From Candidatus Saccharimonadales bacterium (GTDB lineage: Bacteria > Patescibacteriota > Microgenomatia > Woykebacterales > RBG-16-39-9b), in NCBI GenBank assembly GCA_035480955.1, contig DATIHF010000006.1, forward strand, positions 11,110 through 75,109: a stretch of DNA of 64,000 nucleotides, written 5' to 3'. Position 1 is the stretch's first letter; every line of letters starts with the position of its first letter. The translations under genes were made by a program, and so were the position numbers. The notes beneath the pieces are model-generated. The model was given only the letters and a program-made list of their open reading frames with translations. It did no database searches and was not told where the DNA came from. This document shows positions 37,505 through 46,549 of the stretch, one piece after another.

Positions 37505-37978
37505 ATGAAGTTTAACCAAGTCACTTGGTATTCCAAATTGATTGCTCTAATTCTTTTTGTTGCTCTGCCATTCATTGGTTTTTACTTGGGAATGCAATAC
37601 CAAGAGCTTACTCACCCTACAACAGAGGTGCAAACAACTACTGTTTCAAACAGCTTTACAGCCACCACCTCTGCAAATACCACAAATGATCAAAGTAATA
37701 TTTCCATAAAAACAGATCAGGTTAGTGTTAACGCAGTTGAGAAAAATGGGTTAGTGACTTACTCGGGCACAGTACAGCTTCCAACTCCTTGTACAAATCT
37801 CAATGTTGATGCGACTGCTTCTCGAACTGATCCTTCGGTAGTCAGTATTCAACTAACTACTCAACCAACAGATACCGTTTGTGCACAAGTAGTAACTCCG
37901 AAACCATTTTCTGGGGAAGTGGCCGCTCCAAAGGGAGTTCAAATTCACGTTTTCTACAACGGTTCACAGATAAAGTAG
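37505..37978 (+). CDS. Hypothetical membrane-anchored protein with PTPC / CAQVV Cys pair
   Basis: VTWYSK..A.ILF..LPFIGFYLG N-terminus; external Cys pair. Confidence 0.7.
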   Translation: MKFNQVTWYSKLIALILFVALPFIGFYLGMQYQELTHPTTEVQTTTVSNSFTATTSANTTNDQSNISIKTDQVSVNAVEKNGLVTYSGTVQLPTPCTNLNVDATASRTDPSVVSIQLTTQPTDTVCAQVVTPKPFSGEVAAPKGVQIHVFYNGSQIK

Positions 37979-37991
37979 CGCTTTAGCGCGT

Positions 37992-38345
37992 TTATTTTCT
38001 TTCCAACTCCTGCAGTCTTTCGTCTGAAATTCCAAAATGATGGGCGATTTCGTGTTTGACTGTGTCCGTGACGACATTTTTGATCGCTTGTGGGTCGCCG
38101 TGAGAAACCCACATGATCGGTCCCTGAAAAATAGAAATTTTATCTGGCACGGCTAGATTGTAACCTCTCCCGCGAGAGGTGAGGGGAACTCCTTGATAGA
38201 GTCCCAGAAGCAGCCTTCCTCGAGCAAACTCTGGAGCAGGCCAAGCTTCGACGACTAGATCAACATTGTCCAGTTTATCTTTAAAAAATTTTGGTAAAGC
38301 TTCGACCGCCTCGACCACTAGTTTTTCAAACTCTTCTTGTTTCAT
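37992..38345 (-). CDS. Minimal zincin metallopeptidase (Zincin_1)
   Basis: ATG 38345; LLGLYQGVPL, PDKISIF, HEIAHHFG. Confidence 0.9.
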   Translation of the reverse strand: MKQEEFEKLVVEAVEALPKFFKDKLDNVDLVVEAWPAPEFARGRLLLGLYQGVPLTSRGRGYNLAVPDKISIFQGPIMWVSHGDPQAIKNVVTDTVKHEIAHHFGISDERLQELERK

Positions 38346-38409
38346 TTGCTCAATAATAACACCCTTGGATATAATAAAATAATCTGTCTCTAGTGTTGGG
38401 AGGAGGCCC

Positions 38410-38700
38410 ATGACCACCCAAGTCGACCCAGAACAAGAGGAGAGGGCGGAAAAAGAAATAGAGGAGATCGTCGTCCGTAAAGAGATCAAAGTAGACTATG
38501 TGAGAAACGGGCACCATTTTGAGTTTGTCTACCCACTCGTTGGTCTCACTGTAAAAGAAGCAATCGAGAGACTGAGAGTCTATCTTAGTAGAGAAGAGGC
38601 TCTGATTGTGAAGGCTCCCTACTATCTCAACAGAGAACTAGTCAAACACTCAAGTGAGAGAATAATCGAAGAGGGAGATATCTTGAATGTCGATCCGTAA
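38410..38700 (+). CDS. Ubiquitin-like/ThiS-MoaD-like beta-grasp protein lacking C-terminal GG
   Basis: SD GGAGGAGG; TVKEAIE.L, YLNRE, IEEGDILNVDP*; terminator at 38719-38757. Confidence 0.55.
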   Translation: MTTQVDPEQEERAEKEIEEIVVRKEIKVDYVRNGHHFEFVYPLVGLTVKEAIERLRVYLSREEALIVKAPYYLNRELVKHSSERIIEEGDILNVDP

Positions 38701-38771
38701 AGATTGCACGATAACGAAAAAAGCTCTCCAAAAATTCTGGAGAGCTTTCTTTTTTTTGTTCTGTTCAAATG

Positions 38772-39248
38772 TTACTTAACTGTGAAAGAGTAGGTCCCGT
38801 TTTTGCAAGTTCCATCCTCTAGACAATAAGAGTAGGCGACTTTGTAGGCTCCGGCGTCAGCGACTGCTACTGGAACGATCAGGGTTTTTCCATCTTTGGA
38901 GACAATATTGGCCCCGGGTACGACGTCAACTCCTTTGGCGGTCGCGACTTTGATTTCCGAACCACCTTTGACAGCCTTTTTGAAAGTTATTGAGACTTGG
39001 TTTGGTTTGGTCGAGACGGTTGAGTTTGGCTCGGGAGTGATACTGGTAATGTTGCTGTCATTGTTGTACTCAGCGTTTTTATCTTCTGATTTTTCCGCGC
39101 TAGAGGTGCTAGATCCGTTTAAATTTACATCTTCTTTCTTAGTTTCGTTTTTATTTGAGGATTGGTTTTTATTGATCAGGTAACCTATACCAAGCAACAC
39201 AAGGATTGCAATTGCAGCGATAATAATTTCTCTTGAAGTGATTTTCAT
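38772..39248 (-). CDS. CopC-like Ig-fold protein
   Basis: SITPEPNSTV..P.QVSITF, GAYKVAY...DG...G.YSFTVK; the His ligands of CopC are not evident. Confidence 0.75.
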   Translation of the reverse strand: MKITSREIIIAAIAILVLLGIGYLINKNQSSNKNETKKEDVNLNGSSTSSAEKSEDKNAEYNNDSNITSITPEPNSTVSTKPNQVSITFKKAVKGGSEIKVATAKGVDVVPGANIVSKDGKTLIVPVAVADAGAYKVAYSYCLEDGTCKNGTYSFTVK

Positions 39249-39270
39249 ATTTGCTTCTTAGTAAATACAG

Positions 39271-39282
39271 AGCGCTTTAGCG
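39271..39282. repeat. REP-like motif AGCGCTTTAGCG
   Basis: Same 12-mer at 37977-37988; here it lies within the hairpin ACAGA-GCGCTTTAGCG-TCTGT. Confidence 0.5.
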
Positions 39283-39455
39283 TCTGTTTAAATTCTAATT
39301 ATTCCCAGCGGAGCAGAGTAGGAAATCCTCCTTGTAAATTAGTCTAGACAAGTTAAATCTTTTTGTCAAATCTTATAAGTCGCTTAAAAATCACTCATAG
39401 TAAACTTGCAATTTCTCTCAATTCTAGGGATAATTTTCGTGGAAAGGAGACTCTC

Positions 39456-39863
39456 GTGAGAGTGCTGGTTGTCGGTAGCATTGGCAAGAGAGGCGAGACA
39501 CGGATTGATTTCCTGGTAGGAGAATTGGGAGCACGAGACATCGAGGTAGTCAAAGTTAGGACAAACTACGGCAATCGTGATTGGCGAGAACACTTCGATG
39601 AGGTGAAAATATACTTGAAGAATTCACAAAGATATTTTGAAGAGAACTCAATTGATGTCGTGGTCGCGGATCTATCAGCTGCCTCAGATGGTAGAACCCA
39701 CCAGTTGATGATTGCCAATCAACGAGGGATTCCTACTTTTGGTTTTGCCCAAGTGGTAGTGGACACTCCCTGGAGATTAGTCGATGTCGACAGGCTATTC
39801 ACAAATATCAACGATCTTGTCGCTGCATTGCGCTCCTACGAGAAAACTATTGCCGCTGACTGA
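39456..39863 (+). CDS. Nucleoside 2-deoxyribosyltransferase-like Rossmannoid protein
   Basis: SD AAGGAG + GTG; DVVVADLSAASDGRTHQL.IA..RGIP (catalytic E appears to be Q). Confidence 0.6.
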   Translation: MRVLVVGSIGKRGETRIDFLVGELGARDIEVVKVRTNYGNRDWREHFDEVKIYLKNSQRYFEENSIDVVVADLSAASDGRTHQLMIANQRGIPTFGFAQVVVDTPWRLVDVDRLFTNINDLVAALRSYEKTIAAD

Positions 39864-39917
39864 CCCTCGGCGGTTTTTTCTTGCACTACAAGCTATAATT
39901 GATCTCGGTGGTATCGG

Positions 39918-40535
39918 GTGGGAGAAAGGACTCCCAAGTTGGCAATCAAGACAGAGCAGAAAGTAGTCTGTCCCGTTTGTCTAAAGCCAAAAAACAAACT
40001 AACAAATCGCCACCCAATCAGTCGAGTTCTTGTTTGTAGTAATTGTTTTAAAAAACTCACTAACTTCAAACCAAAATTGAGGAGAGGGGTCTGTAGTCTC
40101 TGCGGTAAGGGACCAAGACTTATTCATTATAAAAATGAAAGTTGTGGGCGATGTTATAGGAATAGGATAGCTAAAGAGAGATTTCCGTCATGTAGCGAGT
40201 GTGGCACAGTGATAAGCCGCGCGAAGAGAATACATCCGGATACCAAGGCTGTACTCTGCCTGAAGTGCTATTTCAAGGCAAGCGGCACTTACGACCCAAT
40301 AGGTCGGTGTTTTCTGTGCAAGAGAGATCAGATGCGGCTTCCCATGCTTGACTCAGAATCCAAGGAGAGGATTTGTATGAGATGCTACTCGAAAGGAAAG
40401 GGGCCTAAATATGGTCATCGATGGGGCAAATGCAGCAAATGTGGAAATTCTCCGAGACTCATCTACGGAAAGGCTCTAGACTACTGTCTGACCTGCTATC
40501 GCAAACATCTTAATTACGAACAACCGAGGTACTAG
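39918..40535 (+). CDS. Basic multi-zinc-finger repeat protein (10 CxxC)
   Basis: Five units of CxxC-x(13-17)-CxxC(Y/F). Confidence 0.75.
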   Translation: MGERTPKLAIKTEQKVVCPVCLKPKNKLTNRHPISRVLVCSNCFKKLTNFKPKLRRGVCSLCGKGPRLIHYKNESCGRCYRNRIAKERFPSCSECGTVISRAKRIHPDTKAVLCLKCYFKASGTYDPIGRCFLCKRDQMRLPMLDSESKERICMRCYSKGKGPKYGHRWGKCSKCGNSPRLIYGKALDYCLTCYRKHLNYEQPRY

Positions 40536-40577
40536 AAACGTCAACCGGTAGCCAACTAAACGCTACCGGTTTTTTTT

Positions 40578-41270
40578 TTGCCTTTTTCCACGGAGTCTAT
40601 ATATAATATTATTGTGTACGCCATTACTGCCATAGTCGCCTGTACAATCGCTTTTTTTGTCTACCAATACTGGAAATACAAAGCCTCGGACAACGGTGCG
40701 CCTTATGTCGCGATCGAACACCCAGTTGTCGAGCATATTTTGCAGTTAGCGCAGATCGAGCCGGACGATGTGCTTTATGATCTCGGGAGCGGGGATGGGC
40801 GAGTGCCGATTGCCGCTGCGCTAAACTACAATATCAAAGCCGTGGGGATTGAGATTGACCGTTTTCGCCACTGGTATGCTCTCTACCAGCGTTTTATCCT
40901 CAGACTCGGTAATCGAGTGACTTTCATTAATAAAAATATTTTTAATGTAAACTTGTCTGAGGCAACGATTTGTTTTGTTTATTTGACTCAACAAGCCAAC
41001 GAAGGTTTGGAGGATAAATTTTTAAAAGAATTGGGTGAGGGGACTCTGATAATTTCTCCTTCTTTCCAATTCCCCGGCTGGACTCCAGTCTACGTTGATG
41101 AAAACCCCACCCTTCATACTCCGTGGGGCCCAACTTATTTTTACGAAATCGGCACGTCAAACCCAAAAGTGGCTGAACAAACTGCAGTGGCAACCCCGCC
41201 AGTTCAACCCGAAGTTGAGCAAGCGCGGCAAGCTCCTAATTTAACCCCACCCACACAACCAAACCCCTAG
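40578..41270 (+). CDS. Membrane-anchored SAM-dependent methyltransferase
   Basis: GAPYV, YDLGSGDGR, GIEID; likely start is GTG 40614. Confidence 0.88.
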   Translation: MPFSTESIYNIIVYAITAIVACTIAFFVYQYWKYKASDNGAPYVAIEHPVVEHILQLAQIEPDDVLYDLGSGDGRVPIAAALNYNIKAVGIEIDRFRHWYALYQRFILRLGNRVTFINKNIFNVNLSEATICFVYLTQQANEGLEDKFLKELGEGTLIISPSFQFPGWTPVYVDENPTLHTPWGPTYFYEIGTSNPKVAEQTAVATPPVQPEVEQARQAPNLTPPTQPNP

Positions 41271-41319
41271 CTTTTGGTATATTAATGTATAATACCTAGG
41301 TTCAGTAAAGGAGTTTGTC

Positions 41320-42072
41320 ATGGCCGAGGACCCAACCAAGCCAGGCAATGAGAATCGGGAAGAGCCCTCTGGAGAAAGAACTCGCCGAGTAACGGAACAA
41401 GACCAAGCAAGGGAAAAGAAAACCAAGATTAGTTTTTGGCAAAAGCTGAAGCACAGTTTCTCGCTAAGAAGTTACTCAAAATCTACTCTGCTAATGATCG
41501 CCGGGGGCCTAGTAGTATTAGGTCTCGCAATTTTATTAGCTGTACACAATATTTACTTCAGTAGCGACAGTAGCGCAGCTTCAGGGCAAGTTCCGTTCAT
41601 CAGAGCAACCGCAACACTGACACCGAGACCGACACCTACTCCTAATTACGAAGAAGAGATCGAAAGAGGGGTAATTGACTCGGTAAATTACCGACGGGAG
41701 CTGACCATGTTGCCACCCTTGAAACTCGCAACTGCTTATGTACTTTATGCGAGGGACTATCTCAACCCACCGGCAACGCCACAACCGAATCAATTTGAGA
41801 TAGATGGTCTGCCTCCTTGTGAGGATGTTTGCACCTTTGACATGCCCACACCGAGCGGCATCTCAGTCATCTTTGCAAAAGTCAGAGAGATCAAGCAAAA
41901 CGTGGTCGAGAAAACAATGGATATGATTGAGGAGAAAAGTTTTAGCAGCGACGTCATCTATCTCTGTCAGTCAGGTAATATTGGCGTTGGTGCTATGAAA
42001 GTTGACACTCGCCTCTATTACGTAGTGATTCTCGTCAACAAACTGAGCAAATGCAACCTGCATCAGCAGTAA
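41320..42072 (+). CDS. Single-TM protein with divergent CAP/SCP-like domain
   Basis: VIDSVNYRR...LPPLKL...A and IGVGA....YYVVIL CAP-type ends; SD AAGGAG. Confidence 0.55.
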   Translation: MAEDPTKPGNENREEPSGERTRRVTEQDQAREKKTKISFWQKLKHSFSLRSYSKSTLLMIAGGLVVLGLAILLAVHNIYFSSDSSAASGQVPFIRATATLTPRPTPTPNYEEEIERGVIDSVNYRRELTMLPPLKLATAYVLYARDYLNPPATPQPNQFEIDGLPPCEDVCTFDMPTPSGISVIFAKVREIKQNVVEKTMDMIEEKSFSSDVIYLCQSGNIGVGAMKVDTRLYYVVILVNKLSKCNLHQQ

Positions 42073-42260
42073 CTCTTTACTGGTATTGTCCTAGAAATGG
42101 AAGACGCGGAGCAATCGAGATCGAAGAGATAACAACTACTGCAAAAATCATACAGCAGTTGAGAGGCGCTCATAGCACAAAGGATCGAGATTGTTTTTTC
42201 GATCCAGCAGAACTGACATTAACAACAAAAGATGAAAGAGGTTTTATCTTAGTCGATTAG
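42051..42260 (+). CDS. Small orphan protein
   Basis: Overlaps the upstream stop; terminator at 42261-42291. Confidence 0.5.
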   Translation: MQPASAVTLYWYCPRNGRRGAIEIEEITTTAKIIQQLRGAHSTKDRDCFFDPAELTLTTKDERGFILVD

Positions 42261-42353
42261 GACGGACTCAATTTTGATTCCGTCCTTTTTTATTGGAGAT
42301 TGATGACTTTTGTTGTATTATTTCATTTAGTGAGTGGTTCCGAGGAGGGTTTG

Positions 42354-42710
42354 ATGACCAACGAATTCGAAGGTGTTGGCCCGAGAGCAAATCCTAATAC
42401 CCGAGAGTTTCGCACAATTCGGACAAGCGAAGAGAGAAAATCCACTCAGAGTGGGACAAATGGAACCAAAGGCCCGGCAACTGGCTTCACAGCCAAATGC
42501 AGCGAGAAACCAGTTCTACAAAACGCATGCCCACGGTGTAATACCTCGGATCTGTTGCCAGGAAAAGATCAGGACGGAAGATTTTTTTTCTGCATTAATT
42601 GCAACTACCGTCAGGAGAAGATCTATTACGGTAATTTCGTCGCTGCAGAACAAGAGGTCAGTTACAAAAGAAGACGACCACCCTCACATGGTAAATCTAT
42701 GCTTGGATGA
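42354..42710 (+). CDS. Zn-ribbon protein (CPRC...CINC)
   Basis: SD GAGGAGG; CPRCNTSDLLPGKDQDGRFFFCINCNY. Confidence 0.65.
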   Translation: MTNEFEGVGPRANPNTREFRTIRTSEERKSTQSGTNGTKGPATGFTAKCSEKPVLQNACPRCNTSDLLPGKDQDGRFFFCINCNYRQEKIYYGNFVAAEQEVSYKRRRPPSHGKSMLG

Positions 42711-42738
42711 ACGCCTATATCTCTCGATAGGCGTTTTT

Positions 42739-43143
42739 TTATCTATCTTTCAGTCTAAAAACAAATTTAAGAGCTGACCAGTCCTCATCAATGGCAGCAA
42801 CTTTCACATCAACTAATGAATTTTCCAAACCGATAGTCCGAACAATATTCTCGTTCAAATCTTTAGGGATTTTTGAAGAACCTTTTGGCCAGCCGACCCA
42901 TAAGTTTCCGTTTTTAGCCAAATGGGATTTTAATTTTGGAAAAGTCTCGTGCAGCTCAGCTTTTTCTGTAACAAAAGAAATAATAAAATCTAAATTCGAT
43001 TCAGGCTTTTCAAAAATTTTAAAAGTGATAGGAGAGTCTGCAATTTCTTTTTCAAAAGAAAGAGGGGAATTGTCAAAATAGACTCTGCTGCCCTCTTTCA
43101 AACCCAACTTTTCAACTAAAGACTTACCAGAATAGCCTGCCAT
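42739..43143 (-). CDS. DUF3052 family protein
   Basis: MAGYSGKSLVEKLGLK, WVGWPK, LVDVKVAAIDEDWSALKFV. Confidence 0.9.
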   Translation of the reverse strand: MAGYSGKSLVEKLGLKEGSRVYFDNSPLSFEKEIADSPITFKIFEKPESNLDFIISFVTEKAELHETFPKLKSHLAKNGNLWVGWPKGSSKIPKDLNENIVRTIGLENSLVDVKVAAIDEDWSALKFVFRLKDR

Positions 43144-43461
43144 AGCCGTATTATCACACTATAATCTTTATTTTTCAAGGCTAAAAGCGCGTCTTTTGCT
43201 TGATAGATCAGTCTAATTTATCAATTATAGGGTAAAAATGGACCCCTCAGGGGGAGGAGGCGAAAGGGGTAAAACCCTTGAATGTACTGATACAGCAGCC
43301 AATATGAGCAATTTGAGTGCGATAAATAAATTTAAGAATTTAGGACAGAGAAAAAACAGGGAATTTTGAATACGATTTTGAAAGCTAAAAAGTTTTCAGT
43401 TAGCGCAGTAGGAAAGTGAGAGGAAAATTTCAAAACAGCTCTCGGTGGGGAGCTTAACTCC

Positions 43462-43489
43462 ACGTCGCATAAGATACATTGTGCGACGT
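43462..43489. other. Putative dif chromosome-dimer resolution site
   Basis: 11-6-11 architecture ACGTCGCATAA-GATACA-TTGTGCGACGT; left arm shares CGCATAA with the E. coli XerC arm; located at the gene-orientation switch. Confidence 0.8.
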
Positions 43490-43814
43490 AATAGCAAATA
43501 GCCTTTAGGAGCTCTTTCTAATGAAGAGAAGGGGCGCACAGATATCACAGATTAATTGGAAATTAATTTGTTTTTTATTTTCACTTCATCCTCTGTGCAC
43601 TTCCTACATTACTTAAGATCTAAAAACGCCTCCTAGGCCCTTTTAAGGGCTTGCTACTATTAGCCTTGGAAATACCTTTAGTCGGACTCTTGGGTAGACA
43701 CTCATCGGAGAGAGTCAAATTTGCTTGTTATTTAGGTTTAAATTGATAGTTTTCTAGCTATAAATTATGACATCTCAGGCATGCAATTAGCACTCGTTTT
43801 ATAGCTCTGCAAAG

Positions 43815-43823
43815 TTATCCACA
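43815..43823 (+). promoter_or_regulatory. Single consensus DnaA box
   Basis: TTATCCACA in intergenic DNA; isolated, so it may be chance. Confidence 0.35.
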
Positions 43824-44318
43824 AAAGATACCTCAGTCTAATGTAAGAAGGGCGCATTAAAAAACTAAAGGAGGGTCGCACTACACTAGAGAAGAGTGGG
43901 GCGAAAGTTTTGTTTGGCTCCAGCTCGTCCAAAGCCGAAAGGTCTTTCGGGTTTTTTGCGATCGGACTTCTTCATCTAGACCCTATAGTATTACTTTCCA
44001 CACGTGGAAACAACTATATCATACTATATCATCATGTCTTATAGTATTGTTGTACCTTTTCTCCTTTTTACCCCCACTACTCCTCCACTCTGACAGAGCG
44101 TCGCAAAAATTTTTTCCTCTTCTTTCAAATAAAAATTAATTGTCAGTAAATAGATCCGCTGATCAAGCTTTCAAGTACTGCAATTAAAAAAAGCTAGTCT
44201 CTTAAAACCCTCACCCCCTCCCTGTTATCAAAAAAAATGGGCCCCGGGAAAACAAGTTTCTCGGGGCCGACAGGCTATTCAATTGTAAGACTCTGGTCTA
44301 AAACCCCGCTAGCGAAGC

Positions 44319-44627
44319 TTAGGTTTTAGAGTCCAGGGCCTGAAGTTCACTGTCGAGACCGCGGCATTCTTCGGCCAGATGTCGCTGCTCTTCTGGATTC
44401 TGAGCAGACTGGCCGAGTACATTACCGCTCAACGATACAGCGATTCCTCGTCTACCAACAGAGGGTTCGTCATCCCTCCATGGTGTTTTTGGCGGAGGCG
44501 GGGGTGGCTCCCCGGGTCCACGCGTCTGCCAATAACGAGGTCTATAATCCATCGTCCATATCCTCACGGGGAACTCGCCCAAACCCAGGGGCGGATCTAT
44601 CGGTTCCTTCCTCTGTAAATCCCTCAA
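44319..44627 (-). CDS. Orphan Pro-rich protein
   Basis: G-rich SD + TTG; contains PPPPPP; downstream hairpin GGCCCCG..CGGGGCC. Confidence 0.45.
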   Translation of the reverse strand: MRDLQRKEPIDPPLGLGEFPVRIWTMDYRPRYWQTRGPGEPPPPPPKTPWRDDEPSVGRRGIAVSLSGNVLGQSAQNPEEQRHLAEECRGLDSELQALDSKT

Positions 44628-44699
44628 TTGGGTTCTTTCCCCCTCCCTTCTAAAACCCGAAGGATCTGAAAAGGATTTTAGTACTTTGAAAAAGGGGTG

Positions 44700-45473
44700 T
44701 CAAATGCCCCAGGTTGTGGTGACAATAAGAAGAAGAAATACACTAAACGCAACAAAAACATACTCAAAGGTCGCTCGGCGGGTCAGATCCTTATCAAGCA
44801 TATGATGCATGATGCCCAGCACAACATAAACCATCGCGGTCATTGCCAGCCCAATCTTTGGTGGGTCAAGTGGCCAAAAAGACAAGGCCGCGGACAGCTG
44901 AGCAACAATCAACCCGGCGACTAAACTGTAGAGTATTAATTCTCGACTCAAAGTTTCTTCAAGCTCGACTTGCCACAATGCTTGAGCAAAAAGCAAAGAA
45001 CCGAACCCAAAACTTATCAAAGTTAGCGCCCACCACGGCAGTCCTAATCCATAAATCAAAGAAAAGAAAGCAAAGGAAACAAATAAAGTCACGAGATAGC
45101 CCACTGTCCGAGCTGCTCGCAAAAGTGGGATGTTTCGCTCCGCGGAGACATTAAAAATATTTTCTGCCAGCAAATTGGTATAAAGAACAACTCCGTAAAC
45201 CACACAGAGAAGAAGTCTGATCTCAGTCGAAGGGTTGAATTGATTGATAAAAAGGGCAAAACTCAGTGTTAGAAAAGTGGGCAAAACAAATAAAGTGATG
45301 AATTCAAAACCTTTCAGGTCTTTGAAAATCGACCAGACCGAAAGCAGATAGCTGGCCACGACTAACCCAGCAAGTAAATAGAGTTTGATATTAGCCTCAG
45401 CGAGTGGAAAAAAGAAAAGTCCTCCGGAGAGAACGATCGTTACGATTGTGATCTTTACGCGCTTGGTCAGCAT
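44700..45473 (-). CDS. Conserved multi-TM protein (DUF5656-like)
   Basis: About 8 TMs, ENIFNVSA.R.IPLLRAA motif; follows ruvC. Confidence 0.75.
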   Translation of the reverse strand: MLTKRVKITIVTIVLSGGLFFFPLAEANIKLYLLAGLVVASYLLSVWSIFKDLKGFEFITLFVLPTFLTLSFALFINQFNPSTEIRLLLCVVYGVVLYTNLLAENIFNVSAERNIPLLRAARTVGYLVTLFVSFAFFSLIYGLGLPWWALTLISFGFGSLLFAQALWQVELEETLSRELILYSLVAGLIVAQLSAALSFWPLDPPKIGLAMTAMVYVVLGIMHHMLDKDLTRRATFEYVFVAFSVFLLLIVTTTWGI

Positions 45474-45482
45474 AGTTGGCGG

Positions 45483-46034
45483 CTAGATTTTAGCATTTCC
45501 TTTTGCCGCTGTCACTTGCTGCTCTTTGAGAACATGGCAAATCGCCAAGGCCAGCGCGTCATAGGCATCGTCACGAAAGCGGTAAACGTCTTTGCCAGCT
45601 TGGTTTTTGGCAGTGTGTAGCTCCTTCATACCCAGATGTTTCAAAACGGCATCCTGCACCTGTTGTTTGTCGCTTCTACCGTGACCTGCGACCATTAATT
45701 TCATTGTCAGACCAGTATATTCATGGATTGGTAAGTGTTTCTCCGCAGCTGCCAGAGAAATCGCCCCAATCGCTTGTCCGACATTGATCGCGGTGGTGAC
45801 ATTGGCTCCAAAGAAAATCTTTTCCATCGACATCAAATCTGGTTTGTACTCAGCAATCAATTTGCTAATTCCCTCCTTCAAGGTCAGCAAACGATACGGC
45901 ATTTCCCGATTTTTGTCAGTCAGGATACACCCGTAATTGCGGGCGATAAATTTCGTTTTGCTGTCACTACCCTCAACTTTGAGAACTCCCCAACCAGTGG
46001 TGGCAGTTCCCGGATCAATTCCGAGAATTAACAT
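45483..46034 (-). CDS. ruvC: Holliday junction resolvase RuvC
   Basis: ILGIDPGTATTGWG, EKIFF..N, G.GRSDK.QVQ, DDAYDALALAICH. Confidence 0.95.
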   Translation of the reverse strand: MLILGIDPGTATTGWGVLKVEGSDSKTKFIARNYGCILTDKNREMPYRLLTLKEGISKLIAEYKPDLMSMEKIFFGANVTTAINVGQAIGAISLAAAEKHLPIHEYTGLTMKLMVAGHGRSDKQQVQDAVLKHLGMKELHTAKNQAGKDVYRFRDDAYDALALAICHVLKEQQVTAAKGNAKI

Positions 46035-46036
46035 AA

Positions 46037-46291
46037 TTATTTGTTAAGCAGTTTATATATTACCACGGAAAACATTGGGATTATTATTACTGACACAATG
46101 GGAATCCCCAGAAACCAAAAGTACAGCGACCGATAACCACATCCAATCTCAGAAAATTCGCCATATGAGACACAAGTTCTAACAAAAAGAAGATAGATTA
46201 AAACCAGAATAGCAATATCTAGAATCAATGCACCAACAAGAACACCAAATATCTTTAAAAAAGAAGGCTCTTTGATTGCTTTAGATTCCAT
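46037..46291 (-). CDS. Small two-TM protein with Cys pair in loop
   Basis: TM-CVSYGEFSEIGC-TM. Confidence 0.6.
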   Translation of the reverse strand: MESKAIKEPSFLKIFGVLVGALILDIAILVLIYLLFVRTCVSYGEFSEIGCGYRSLYFWFLGIPIVSVIIIPMFSVVIYKLLNK

Positions 46292-46549
46292 CTAGTTTTT
46301 TCTCAAAAAGCTGTAAACTAGCTGGGACAGGACCGGGATTGCGATTACCCAAATTACCACAAACATCACCCAATTGAGATTACTCGTGTTAAAACAGTCC
46401 CAACCGCGACAACCACCTATTCGATAATAATAGTAATAAATCACGCTCGACCAAGCAAAAACAATAACCAAACTAATTAAAACTGAATAGATTACCTGCT
46501 GATTTAGCAAAGGGGGTTTTTGTTCAATACTTGCTGAGTTGTCCGCCAT
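46292..46549 (-). CDS. Small two-TM protein with Cys pair in loop
   Basis: TM-CRGWDC-TM; TAATG coupling to yebC. Confidence 0.6.
   Translation of the reverse strand: MADNSASIEQKPPLLNQQVIYSVLISLVIVFAWSSVIYYYYYRIGGCRGWDCFNTSNLNWVMFVVIWVIAIPVLSQLVYSFLRKN

Noticed and set aside
43787-44010. oriC or parS assignment
   Set aside because: Only one DnaA box, genes converge rather than diverge, no dnaA/dnaN nearby, and the palindrome does not fit the 16-bp parS spacing.
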